DNA of 64,000 nt, taken from NCBI GenBank assembly GCA_950097015.1, contig CATNEN010000008.1, positions 682,001-746,000 of the forward strand, in the 5' to 3' direction. Position numbers and translations under genes: made by a program. The DNA comes from Macrostomum hystrix (lineage: Eukaryota > Animalia > Platyhelminthes). Positions 1-11,513 of this stretch are shown piece by piece (position 1 is the stretch's first letter; each line of letters begins with the position of its first letter). Below the pieces are notes generated by a model. It was not told the DNA's origin. It worked only from the letters and a program-made list of their open reading frames with translations, and did no database searches.

Positions 1-3000
1 AATCACAAGTAACTGAATGCTTGGCTTGATGCTCTCTTAATAAAAAATCATCCTCCTGAATCACTTTGTCGATGAGTTAAGGACAAATTAGCTAAACACA
101 AAAAACACATAATTTCGTGTTTTTGTGTTTCTACCTAATAAGCATCCTTGTCATTTGTATGCACAATCACAAGTAACTGAATGCTTGGCTTGATGCTCTC
201 TTAATAAAAAATCATCCTCCTGAATCACTTTGTCGATGAGTTAAGGACAAATTAGCTAAACACAAAAAACACATAATTTCGTGTTTTTGTGTTTCTACCT
301 AATAAGCATCCTTGTCATTTGTATGCACAATCACAAGTAACTGAATGCTTGGCTTGATGCTCTCTTAATAAAAAATCATCCTCCTGAATCACTTTGTCGT
401 TGAGTTAAGGACAAATTAGCTAAACACAAAAAACACATAATTTCGTGTTTTTGTGTTTCTACCTAATAAGCATCCTTGTCATTTGTATGCACAATCACAA
501 GTAACTGAATGCTTGGCTTGATGCTCTCTTAATAAAAAATCATCCTCCTGAATCACTTTGTCCATGAGTTAAGGACAAATTAGCTAAACACAAAAACACG
601 AAATTATGTGTTTTTTGTGTTTAGCTAATTTGTCCTTAACTCATCGACAAAGTGATTCAGGAGGATGATTTTTTATTAAGAGAGCATCAAGCCAAGCATT
701 CAGTTACTTGTGATTGTGCATACAAATGACAAGGATGCTTATTAGGTAGAAAACACAAAAACACGAAATTATGTGTTTTATGTGTTTAGCTAATTTGTCC
801 TTAACTCAACGACAAAGTGATTCAGGAGGATGATTTTTTATTAAGAGAGCATCAAGCCAAGCATTCAGTTACTTGTGATTGTGCATACAAATGACAAGGA
901 TGCTTATTAGGTAGAAACACAAAAACACGAAATTATGTGTTTTTTGTGTTTAGCTAATTTGTCCTTAACTCAACGACAAAGTGATTCAGGAGGATGATTT
1001 TTTATTAAGAGAGCATCAAGCCAAGCATTCAGTTACTTGTGATTGTGCATACAAATGACAAGGATGCTTATTAGGTAGAAACACAAAAACACGAAATTAT
1101 GTGTTTTTTGTGTTTAGCTAATTTGTCCTTAACTCAACGACAAAGTGATTCAGGAGGATGATTTTTTATTAAGAGAGCATCAAGCCAAGCATTCAGTTAC
1201 TTGTGATTGTGCATACAAATGACAAGGATGCTTATTAGGTAGAAACACAAAAACACGAAATTATGTGTTTTTTGTGTTTAGCTAATTTGTCCTTAACTCA
1301 ACGACAAAGTGATTCAGGAGGATGATTTTTTATTAAGAGAGCATCAAGCCAAGCATTCAGTTACTTGTGATTGTGCATACAAATGACAAGGATGCTTATT
1401 AGGTAGAAACACAAAAACACGAAATTATGTGTTTTTTGTGTTTAGCTAATTTGTCCTTAACTCATGGACAAAGTGATTCAGGAGGATGATTTTTTATTAA
1501 GAGAGCATCAAGCCAAGCATTCAGTTACTTGTGATTGTGCATACAAATGACAAGGATGCTTATTAGGTAGAAACACAAAAACACGAAATTATGTGTTTTT
1601 TGTGTTTAGCTAATTTGTCCTTAACTCAACGACAAAGTGATTCAGGAGGATGATTTTTTATTAAGAGAGCATCAAGCCAAGCATTCAGTTACTTGTGATT
1701 GTGCATACAAATGACAAGGATGCTTATTAGGTAGAAACACAAAAACACGAAATTATGTGTTTTTTGTGTTTAGCTAATTTGTCCTTAACTCATGGACAAA
1801 GTGATTCAGGAGGATGATTTTTTATTAAGAGAGCATCAAGCCAAGCATTCAGTTACTTGTGATTGTGCATACAAATGACAAGGATGCTTATTAGGTAGAA
1901 ACACAAAAACACGAAATTATGTGTTTTTGTGTTTAGCTAATTTGTCCTTAACTCAACGACAAAGTGATTCAGGAGGATGATTTTTTATTAAGAGAGCATC
2001 AAGCCAAGCATTCAGTTACTTGTGATTGTGCATACAAATGACAAGGATGCTTATTAGGTAGAAACACAAAAACACGAAATTATGTGTTTTATGTGTTTAG
2101 CTAATTTGTCCTTAACTCATGGACAAAGTGATTCAGGAGGATGATTTTTTATTAAGAGAGCATCAAGCCAAGCATTCAGTTACTTGTGATTGTGCATACA
2201 AATGACAAGGATGCTTATTAGGTAGAAACACAAAAACACGAAATTATGTGTTTTTTGTGTTTAGCTAATTTGTCCTTAACTCAACGACAAAGTGATTCAG
2301 GAGGATGATTTTTTATTAAGAGAGCATCAAGCCAAGCATTCAGTTACTTGTGATTGTGCATACAAATGACAAGGATGCTTATTAGGTAGAAACACAAAAA
2401 CACGAAATTATGTGTTTTTATGTGTTTAGCTAATTTGTCCTTAACTCATCGACAAAGTGATTCAGGAGGATGATTTTTTATTAAGAGAGCATCAAGCCAA
2501 GCATTCAGTTACTTGTGATTGTGCATACAAATGACAAGGATGCTTATTAGGTAGAAACACAAAAACACGAAATTATGTGTTTTTTGTGTTTAGCTAATTT
2601 GTCCTTAACTCATGGACAAAGTGATTCAGGAGGATGATTTTTTATTAAGAGAGCATCAAGCCAAGCATTCAGTTACTTGTGATTGATGCATACAAATGAC
2701 AAGGATGCTTATTAGGTAGAAACACAAAAACACGAAATTATGTGTTTTTTGTGTTTAGCTAATTTGTCCTTAACTCAACGACAAAGTGATTCAGGAGGAT
2801 GATTTTTTATTAAGAGAGCATCAAGCCAAGCATTCAGTTACTTGTGATTGATGCATACAAATGACAAGGATGCTTATTAGGTAGAAACACAAAAACACGA
2901 AATTATGTGTTTTTTGTGTTTAGCTAATTTGTCCTTAACTCATCGACAAAGTGATTCAGGAGGATGATTTTTTATTAAGAGAGCATCAAGCCAAGCATTC

Positions 3001-3913
3001 AGTTACTTGTGATTGTGCATACAAATGACAAGGATGCTTATTAGGTAGAAACACAAAAACACGAAATTATGTGTTTTTTGTGTTTAGCTAATTTGTCCTT
3101 AACTCATCGACAAAGTGATTCAGGAGGATGATTTTTTATTAAGAGAGCATCAAGCCAAGCATTCAGTTACTTGTGATTGTGCATACAAATGACAAGGATG
3201 CTTATTAGGTAGAAACACAAAAACACGAAATTATGTGTTTTTTGTGTTTAGCTAATTTGTCCTTAACTCAACGACAAAGTGATTCAGGAGGATGATTTTT
3301 TATTAAGAGAGCATCAAGCCAAGCATTCAGTTACTTGTGATTGTGCATACAAATGACAAGGATGCTTATTAGGTAGAAACACAAAAACACGAAATTATGT
3401 GTTTTTTGTGTTTAGCTAATTTGTCCTTAACTCATGGACAAAGTGATTCAGGAGGATGATTTTTTATTAAGAGAGCATCAAGTCAAGCATTCAGTTACTT
3501 GTGATTGTGCATACAAATGACAAGGATGCTTATTAGGTAGAAACACAAAAACACGAAATTATGTGTTTTTTGTGTTTAGCTAATTTGTCCTTAACTCAAC
3601 GACAAAGTGATTCAGGAGGATGATTTTTTATTAAGAGAGCATCAAGCCAAGCATTCAGTTACTTGTGATTGTGCATACAAATGACAAGGATGCTTATTAG
3701 GTAGAAACACAAAAACACGAAATTATGTGTTTTTTGTGTTTAGCTAATTTGTCCTTAACTCATCGACAAAGTGATTCAGGAGGATGATTTTTTATTAAGA
3801 GAGCATCAAGCCAAGCATTCAGTTACTTGTGATTGTGCATACAAATGACAAGGATGCTTATTAGGTAGAAACACAAAAACACGAAATTATGTGTTTTTTG
3901 TGTTTAGCTAATT
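1..3913. repeat. 164-bp AT-rich tandem satellite array (~24 units) with an orientation switch at ~600-607
   Basis: aatcacaagtaactgaatgc recurs at 1, 165, 329, 493 (period 164). From ~608 the same monomer runs as its reverse complement until ~3913. Confidence 0.97.
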
Positions 3914-6498
3914 GTCATTATCTGACTAAACAAAGGGACACAGAGAAGTGGTTTCTTGTTAAGAAATTTAAGAATGTTTGTTATTCTTTGCAATCAAGCC
4001 TTTGGGTATGAGTGATTGAGTATACAATTGACTATTAAGTAAATAAAGGTGAACATATCAAACACAGTTTAATATATATAACAACTTGAAAATAGCTAGT
4101 ATATGACTATTTGGTATAGTATTTGCCTAATTTATATATCCTAATATCTATAATTGGCACTAAATATTGACAGTAAAATTAAAAGTCAGTAATTTGTGCA
4201 CAGAAATGGAAGCTAAACATAATAGATGAGACAGATTCAAAAATTAAAATACTTGTAGAAATCCTATGTAAAAATAGTAAACTTTCTTTAATTTATTGAT
4301 TGGTTCTACAAGAATTAATAGAATAGAATAGTTCTAGCTTGACAGCCAACCCAAAACCTTCTAGGACTAGGCCTAGCAACTTTTGAATGTTTCTTGCCTA
4401 ATAATGTCACGGATCAAGCCTGAGTTTCCCAATAGTCAGCTATGACCTATCATAGGCTAAATAAAAAGTAACTACATTTATTATTTACATATGCACTTTT
4501 TGTACACACCAGCTTGTTTGTATTGTAATGTACAAGCTTGGGAAATAAGTGCATGGGCTTAATTGCATGCAATATGTAAATATTGATAGTGCAAATCAAA
4601 CAGATTTTCATAGCTAAAGTAGGCCTATATTTATAATTGTTTAATTTGACAATGATGAGAAGAAGGAATGAACTTTCAAAAAAGTATTTTCTTTAATTTT
4701 AGTAATATCCGTTGGTATTACTACGAGACTGTTTCTTAAAAATTAAATATTAGACTCAAACTCAATGAACTAAATTAAAGTCAAGTCAATGAACTCAATT
4801 AAATATTTAGATAGTTGACATATATTATGAATTATGTTCTGATAACTAGTTCTAGTCATTACTGCAGTGCATCATGGTTTCTGAGAATCAGAATTTTAGA
4901 CTAACTAAATCAATAAATATACATTTTATTCCATAATGCATTCACTAGCTTGAAGGAAGCGATAGATCTTTTCTGTTAATACACGTGCAGGACACTGGCT
5001 TAAAAAACCGCACTTTTACGTAACGTAAACAACCGCTTAGAAACTATGGAAGGTGGAAACTAAAAGCGGAATATCTTTGCAACAACAAATTGAATCGAGC
5101 CAGTTTTTTATTATGCACCAGTTATAAGACTTTGCTTTCTGGCCCAAAACTTGGCCCAGGATTTCCTTCGTCTTTTGTGTGAGAACTGCCACGAAGTAGA
5201 TCCCTGTTGCATTTTTTGAAACTTTGAAGAGTTGTAAAAAGCTTATTACAGAATATTAAATGTGCCTCATTGTCTTAAAAGATGAGATTTCTATTGCAGT
5301 TTTAGGAAAATGAAATGGCCCAGGATTCCCTTTTAAACCAAGAGCACTAGAGCTCAGCCGCATGTCAGCCGCATGCCAGCCGCATATGGTCTGAGTTTAA
5401 TCACCTCATTTTTTTTTCATCCATGTCCGGCTTAATTGGAAATGTGTGGCCCAGAGAAATTTTGATTAGTTTAATAAAATTTGATAGGTTTTATTGCTGG
5501 CCCAAGCTGCTTTCAAAATCGATGCGGCTGAGGTGCGGCTAGCTTTTGGTCAGTGAAGATTAGCCATAAATTAAAAAAATGTTTGTGCCTTTAAGCAAGT
5601 AACAAAAACACTTAAAGAACGAGAAGCATTTTCAACCAATAGTTTTATTAATCAATAGATTTTTATTTTAAGGTTTAATATTAGTGTGATCAAATGACCA
5701 AGATTTGTTATGCAAATTAACTTTCCGGATTTAAAATTCACCCGCTTTTAATGGAGTGCATCGAAAAATATGTGCAGTAAATATTTACATATTTACTGCA
5801 CATATTTACACTGCGTAAATTGCATTAAATTACATAAATAAAAGCTGCTAAAATAATTAGCAGCCTAATTTGGCCTTCCGACATAAATTGTCTGCCTTTA
5901 ATGTTGTATCAGGGCTGCGGCATCTTATGTATTCTAGATCCTACTGGAAGTCAATGTAAAATTACATTTATTGAAGTTTGTAAAAAATGTTCCTCTTAGT
6001 AATTCCTTTAGGTCGGGTTAGCCCCTGCAGCTAATTTAAGTCAGTCAATTTTAAAGATTAATTAAGGGCTAGCAAAACGAACCTAATAGTGATTTATATT
6101 AGTCCGGCGCGATAAGTTGACTTTCGCTTGTCCATGGTAATTAATAAGTATTGGAAATTCATCTCTAGAATAAAAAAGTTATAACCAAATTTTATTTTTT
6201 AGAAACCAACGTAACACAAAAAATCGCTATAACCAGGTTCTGAAGCCAGCAAAAACATATGCAACGGTAAATAAAAATAAATTACTGCATAGATTAAGAA
6301 ACATAGATCGAATGTTTATTTTGACCTTGGCATATTCAGAACGATGCATGCTATTGGGGAGCAGAAACATTACATGTTAAAAATGTTGGAATGCATCGGC
6401 TGCATTTGAATGAAATATATTAAGCAGAGCTAAATGTAGACAGTCTTTTATGAATGTAAGTCTGAATGCTTTATTTAAACTCAGAAATATATGTTTCC

Positions 6499-6765
6499 TT
6501 AATCGATGAGGCGCGGTCTTGGATCTCGGTTTCCAGTCGGTCGGTTGCTGAAATAGTCGTACAAAGCGCTCTCAAGCGGCATTCCACCGAACGCTTTGGC
6601 CTGTTGATTCTCCTGTCCGTGTTCATCTCCAGATGAATCGTAATCGTCTTCGCTGCTCATGTCGTACTCTTCTTTTCTCAGCGATCGACCCTTTGCCAGG
6701 CTTACCTGATGACTTAGCAGGACTATTACGAGAATTCCTACCGACTTTGTGTAAGAACCACGCAT
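6499..6765 (-). CDS. Intronless 88-aa secreted acidic peptide precursor, unknown family
   Basis: N-terminal basic + hydrophobic signal-like segment (MRGSYTKSVGILVIVLLSHQVSLA), RK site, acidic tract. TATATAAA on minus strand at 6858-6865; AATAAA on minus strand at 6470-6475, ~24 nt past the stop. Confidence 0.7.
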   Translation of the reverse strand: MRGSYTKSVGILVIVLLSHQVSLAKGRSLRKEEYDMSSEDDYDSSGDEHGQENQQAKAFGGMPLESALYDYFSNRPTGNRDPRPRLID

Positions 6766-6857
6766 ATCTATTCAGATGTGAACAAGCTGCCAAAGTATAG
6801 GCTCTCTACAGAAAAGATAACCAAATATAGCTTAAGAGCTCAATGCAGGAGAGTTAA

Positions 6858-6865
6858 TTTATATA
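6858..6865 (-). promoter_or_regulatory. TATA box of the peptide gene
   Basis: Plus tttatata = minus TATATAAA, ~95 nt upstream of the ATG at 6765. Confidence 0.5.
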
Positions 6866-7609
6866 TTTTAAATAGTGAACGCATAAATCCATGATGTACT
6901 GGCTTGGCCATGCAGAACGGCGTACTTATTTCTCCAAAGCTGCTTTACGATGCGTGTGGTGAATTTGAGATCCGTCATTTCTATATTTTTATAGACGCCA
7001 ACACCATGCAAGCACATCATTGCATTTTGCTTTCTTATAAACTGAGCCTATATAACCGTGGGAGACTTTTGAGCAGAAGACAAATGACTGCTGTGCAATT
7101 AATTGGCTAGTTTTATTATGCTCAAGCTCTGCTTTCTGCCGAGGCATATGATGAGCACATAATAACACAATATAGCTAGTCGAAGCCTGATCACTATATA
7201 ATTAACTTTCGAAAATCTTTACAGAATCTTTACAGCATAATAAATACCCTTTAAACCCAGGAGAGATAAGATCTGTCGTGTAAACCTTTTCGGTTGCGAA
7301 AACACGTTTAATTTGGCAGTAGAGCTTCTGAAGAGCTAAAGACTTCTAAGCCTATTGAATCCCCCTTACACGAGATGGAATGTCAGACAACTCTCTGTTG
7401 GTTGATGGTGCAAGAATAAATGCTCACTTTGCTTGCAAGGCGGGACTAAAAAGCTGCATGGGCTCTAGTACTGAGGGGCGGCCATAGACTATTGTGTGTT
7501 TTTTAGTCTCCTCGGGGCGTTGGAACCATTCAACGGTATAAAGCTATATGTATATACTCCAAACTATATTAAAATCATACAATCAATTCACATCATATCT
7601 TTCAAAGCA

Positions 7610-8368
7610 ATGTCCTCCAAAGCAGACAGAAAAGTTGTTGAAGTTGACTTGGCCAACTCGATAAAAGATCTGTCACGGCTGATCACTGAAGAAAGCACCT
7701 CGGAAGAGGAGGACAATGACGACGAAAAAGAGCCGCGAGAGAGCCACTCATCGCAGCCAGAGATCGACAAAAAATTTGTCGATGCTGAGAGAGGCCTATT
7801 TGGCTTCAAGCGATGGTTGGTCCACACGCATCAGCTTGGCAGGCGCGCCAACCGACTGCTTCAGGCGGTGAAATCGATGCAGGTGTCACGAGAGCACCGT
7901 GATCGCCTATCCGATATGGTGCGACTGAATCTTCTACTTGAGTGCAACAATTCCATTGGATTGAACGCCGATGGAAGTCTGCGCAAATCGGATGTGGAGA
8001 CTATTACCACCCGATCTGACTGGAACAGCGAGTTCAATGCCGATGAAGAAGATGCGATGCAGGACGACGCCGAGATTCTCATGATAAAGGAGAGCATGCT
8101 GAAGGGTTCATCGCGCAGTCACAGCCTGCTATATTTCACGCTGCTCCTGCTAGCCGCTTCCGTTGTAGCTTCGGTGATGGCGCCGTTGTGGCTCAAATGG
8201 CACGCCGATTGGCTGATCCTGGTCACGTCGACGACTGCGAGCCTGATGATCTCCGTGGCGGTGTTTGTTCGAGCTGGTCGCAGACGATGCTCCTTAGCGG
8301 CCTATCGCGAGATGGGCAAAGAGCTGCAGAGCAATCGCATCATGATCAGCACGATTCGCCACGGCTGA
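7610..8368 (+). CDS. Intronless 252-aa protein with acidic N-terminus and two C-terminal hydrophobic (TM) segments; unknown family
   Basis: First true ATG at 7610, GC-richer coding-like composition versus AT-rich flanks, TATAAA at 7537-7542, AATAAA at 8424-8429. Hydrophobic runs LLYFTLLLLAASVVASVMAPLWL and WLILVTSTTASLMISVAVFV followed by RAGRRR. Confidence 0.75.
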   Translation: MSSKADRKVVEVDLANSIKDLSRLITEESTSEEEDNDDEKEPRESHSSQPEIDKKFVDAERGLFGFKRWLVHTHQLGRRANRLLQAVKSMQVSREHRDRLSDMVRLNLLLECNNSIGLNADGSLRKSDVETITTRSDWNSEFNADEEDAMQDDAEILMIKESMLKGSSRSHSLLYFTLLLLAASVVASVMAPLWLKWHADWLILVTSTTASLMISVAVFVRAGRRRCSLAAYREMGKELQSNRIMISTIRHG

Positions 8369-8626
8369 GCATGCAACGACCGATTGCAGATAAACAAACT
8401 TATTATGAAAGCCAAGCTTATTTAATAAACTGCAGATTTCACAAGATCTTTAATTCTTCTGCTGTAAAATAAATTACATTTTTTAAGTATTCAGAAGTAT
8501 TTTTGAAGTATTTTTGCTCACGCAGGTAGACTTCGAAGGGACCTTAGGAAACGAGGTTGAATTTTCGCTTCCCAGAAATTTCAAATTCAAAGCCACCCAA
8601 TTTCATAAATCCCAACACTTCATGTA

Positions 8627-8952
8627 GGGGGCTGAATGGCAGAGCGGTTAACGCGTTTGCCTATCGCACCAAGGTACCTGAGCTCGATTCCGCGGCGAGG
8701 CCACACTAAATTGGCTTGGAAGCTTGGAGGCTTGATGTACAATTTGCGTCCTTAACAACTAAGAACCTCAAAGGCACAATGAGAGTGTACACTGCCTGAC
8801 GATGAGAAAGTCAGGGTAGATGTACACACCTGTGCGCGTGTGTGCTCAGGAGTCAGTGAAATGGGCAGAATTGCCTCCTCGCTGGCTGCAGGTCTAGTAT
8901 AGTGTCACCAAAAGATGTGCCGTCCTGCAATTACGAGCGTATAATTAACATT
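8627..8952 (+). mobile_element. Full-length tRNA-derived SINE (family 1) with 13-bp target-site duplication
   Basis: Pol III A-box TGGCAGAGCGG and B-box-like GAGCTCGATTCC; AT-rich tail; direct repeat aacacttcatgta at 8614-8626 and 8953-8965; homologous copies at 56849-57090 and 49159-49190. Confidence 0.88.
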
Positions 8953-9970
8953 AACACTTCATGTAATAAATTTCAGCCTCCCAGAATCCAGAATTACGCC
9001 CTTCAATAATGGAAAATACGTATTTATCAAGGATACCAAGGACATCACGGTCGGTAATTAAACCTCTGACTAAAAGCTATCATAAACAGATTAAGGCTAT
9101 AAAATCTTAATTTTACATTCATGAAATTCATTCATTCATAGTATTAGAAGCTATTTGATAGTTAAACTAGTGTTAAGCCAGATCCGAAAAATGAATGTAA
9201 TTTAATTTAAAATCTATACAATATAAAAAAGCAAAACGAAAAAGCTTGTAACTTCCATGGAATAATGTATTTGCCTTTGATAAATAAAATTACAGGTAAC
9301 AGAATTTTAATTATTGCTACTTTAAGTACAGTAATTATAACTGGAGTAATTATAACTGGAGCTATCGGCAGGCATAGAATAAAAAATGATAAATTCAAGA
9401 TGTGAGCTTACATAAAGTGACTCATCTTGAAAGAGCTAATTTATAGGAATAGTAGAACTATATCCGGAAAAAATTCCGGAATTATTCGCATTACAGATTC
9501 TACAACTAGAGCCAGTTAATTGATTGTTTCGTTTTTTAATGCTATCAGTCGGGGTTCTGGCTGTGGCTGCTTGAATCGTTTAAAATTATATTTTCGATAC
9601 AATTAGATTTTAGATTTTTCAAATATGTTGAGAAGAAATTGAATGCAATAATTAATATGCAATAAAACAAGACGCAATAACTAGATAACCCGGAGTACTT
9701 TTTGTTAGTTTTAAGGATTTTCTATCTTTTTTGTTGTAGAATAGATGGAAATGGAAGCCAAATTTATACTCAAGTATTTCTACCCTAATTTATATTCCCC
9801 GATTCGACTTCCGACCACTTAGTCAAAAGTCTAAATCTTTAATCACTGGGTTGATTAAACCAGTTGAACTAGCAGCTGTGCTATATAATTCAAGCACAAT
9901 CCTAACACTCGAATTAAAGTCTCAATAATTAATATCGGGTAATACTTCTGAAGTAGTAAAATTAGTAATA

Positions 9971-10173
9971 CAGGTTGTAGCCTAGTGCTTATAGCGCGTC
10001 GGACTCACGACTTGAAGGTCGGGGGTTCGAGTCCCGACTGAAATGGAACAATTTGTGTCCTTTAAAGCAAGACACTTAACTCTGCATTGCTTCAGTTCAC
10101 CAAGCTCTTAATTTGGTACCAGCATTAGCTGGGGCTGTGCTGTCTGCCGTACATCTGGCCCGATCGGGCAGGT
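9971..10173 (+). mobile_element. tRNA-derived SINE (family 2) with CORE/Meta-type central domain
   Basis: A-box TAGCCTAGTGC, B-box GGTTCGAGTCC, then tgtgtcctttaaagcaagacacttaactctgcattgcttcagttcacc, resembling the conserved CORE/Meta SINE domains (recalled consensus, not aligned). Candidate 6-bp TSD gtaata at 9965-9970 and 10174-10179. Confidence 0.72.
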
Positions 10174-10248
10174 GTAATAAATATATTCTTTTATCATTCC
10201 TATTTTTTTACTATAATTAGGTCTTCCCAATCGGCCATCACCATCACA

Positions 10249-10775
10249 TCATCGGCACACCTGCACTGGCCTCACAATGCCTTTCTCAACCAGACTGGAA
10301 TAGTAGGTCGGATTGTTAGCAGCGATGAAGGACTGCACGCTGGGATTCTCCAGGTTAAAGGCGAAGTGGACCCGCTTGTGAGCCTGGCCCCTGCCGTCGC
10401 GCAGCATAACTCCGTAATATCTGTTAGCTGGCCTAGTGAAATAGTCCCGAATGCAGCGACTCATCTTCTCGTAGCTCATGTTCCGATTGCGCTTATAACC
10501 GCCCCATAGTCGGGCAACCTCGTTGGTGTCGTTGAATCGGAACACGCCCGAGTGAGTCCACTGGTCGGCGGACCAGGCCAGGCCGGAGTGGCCGCGGAGC
10601 AGCAGCAGCAGCAGAAACTGCCACAGCAGCATCGGTCGCTGCTTCTTTGGCCTGCTGGGGATCGACTTCTGCTGTTTGGCTTCCGCTACTGCTGCTGCTG
10701 CTACTGCTGCTGCTGCTGCTGCTCCCGACTGCTGGTCGGTATAAATCATGTTAGCGTCTAGGTAGCATGGCGACT
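10249..10775 (-). CDS. Divergent ETS-domain transcription factor (terminal/main coding exon; in-frame ATG at 10749)
   Basis: LLWQFLLLLL...W...FRF.D..EVARLWG..K.N.NMSYEKMSR.IR.YF...KRVHFAF matches the ETS winged-helix signature; acceptor-like tttcag ending at 10776 on the minus strand. Confidence 0.88.
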
Positions 10776-11513
10776 CTGAAAGCAATTTGATGGGCGGTTG
10801 TTTGATTAACGAAGATTACGAGCGTATTGTCTCATTTTGCTTTGTACAGAACAGGGCGTCTATTAGTTGTGCGAAATCTATTTTTAAAAACAGCTTTTGC
10901 ACCCCCTGCATGTACTGAAAAAACCGGATCCGTTTTTTTTAAACTCGCCTGCGACCGATGTACAATGCTATCTTTTAACAACCTTCGTAAGGAGCTATTG
11001 TACTCGACAGTTTTTTGCACCTAATAACACTCACACGTACTCAATGAAGAATACAGCAGTCACAGGGTATATTCAAGTTTACAGCAGTAGAAAGGCCTAA
11101 TTTAAGTTTTGAAAAATCTTTCAAAGCCGTTGTTTCATCGGATAGACCGGAAAATGTTGGCTCGTGTTCTGGATTTTCAAATGTGGCTATTTGAAATACC
11201 CCCGCTGAAATACTGCTAGCACTTTGAGGACATAATGGCAAGCAAAGCTCACCAAACTCAGCGAGCCAATCATGCTCGCTAAACATCGCAGGCTCATGCC
11301 TCTTACAATCCGGCTGCAGCATTAGGTTGTCTTGGCGCCACTGGTGCTGGTTTGTTGCTTCTCCACTACATGATGGGACTGACGTGTAATCCCCTCTGGG
11401 ATCTGAAACCGTGCATACCGAGTGAATTTTCAATACATCATTCTCTCGGATTGCATTTATGGGATTGATAAATTAAATGGATTTAATGGGTTAATGGATT
11501 AGTCGGGAGGACT

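Noticed and set aside
1-1200. Satellite palindrome as a sequencing fold-back artefact
   Set aside because: The order of monomer variants differs between the two arms, so they are not copies of one molecule; not fully excluded without reads.
6499-6765. Peptide as a natriuretic-peptide-like ligand of the neighbouring rGC
   Set aside because: It has no cysteines, so it cannot form the 17-residue ring; proximity alone is no evidence.
8795-8860. Hammerhead ribozyme suggested by CTGACGA ... GAAA in SINE family 1
   Set aside because: Stem II does not close directly onto GAAA, and ctgac pairs locally with gtcag; the core geometry is not satisfied.
8627-10040. Functional tRNA genes at 8627 and 9971
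   Set aside because: A/B boxes are present, but acceptor and anticodon stems are broken and both continue into SINE bodies with tails and TSDs.
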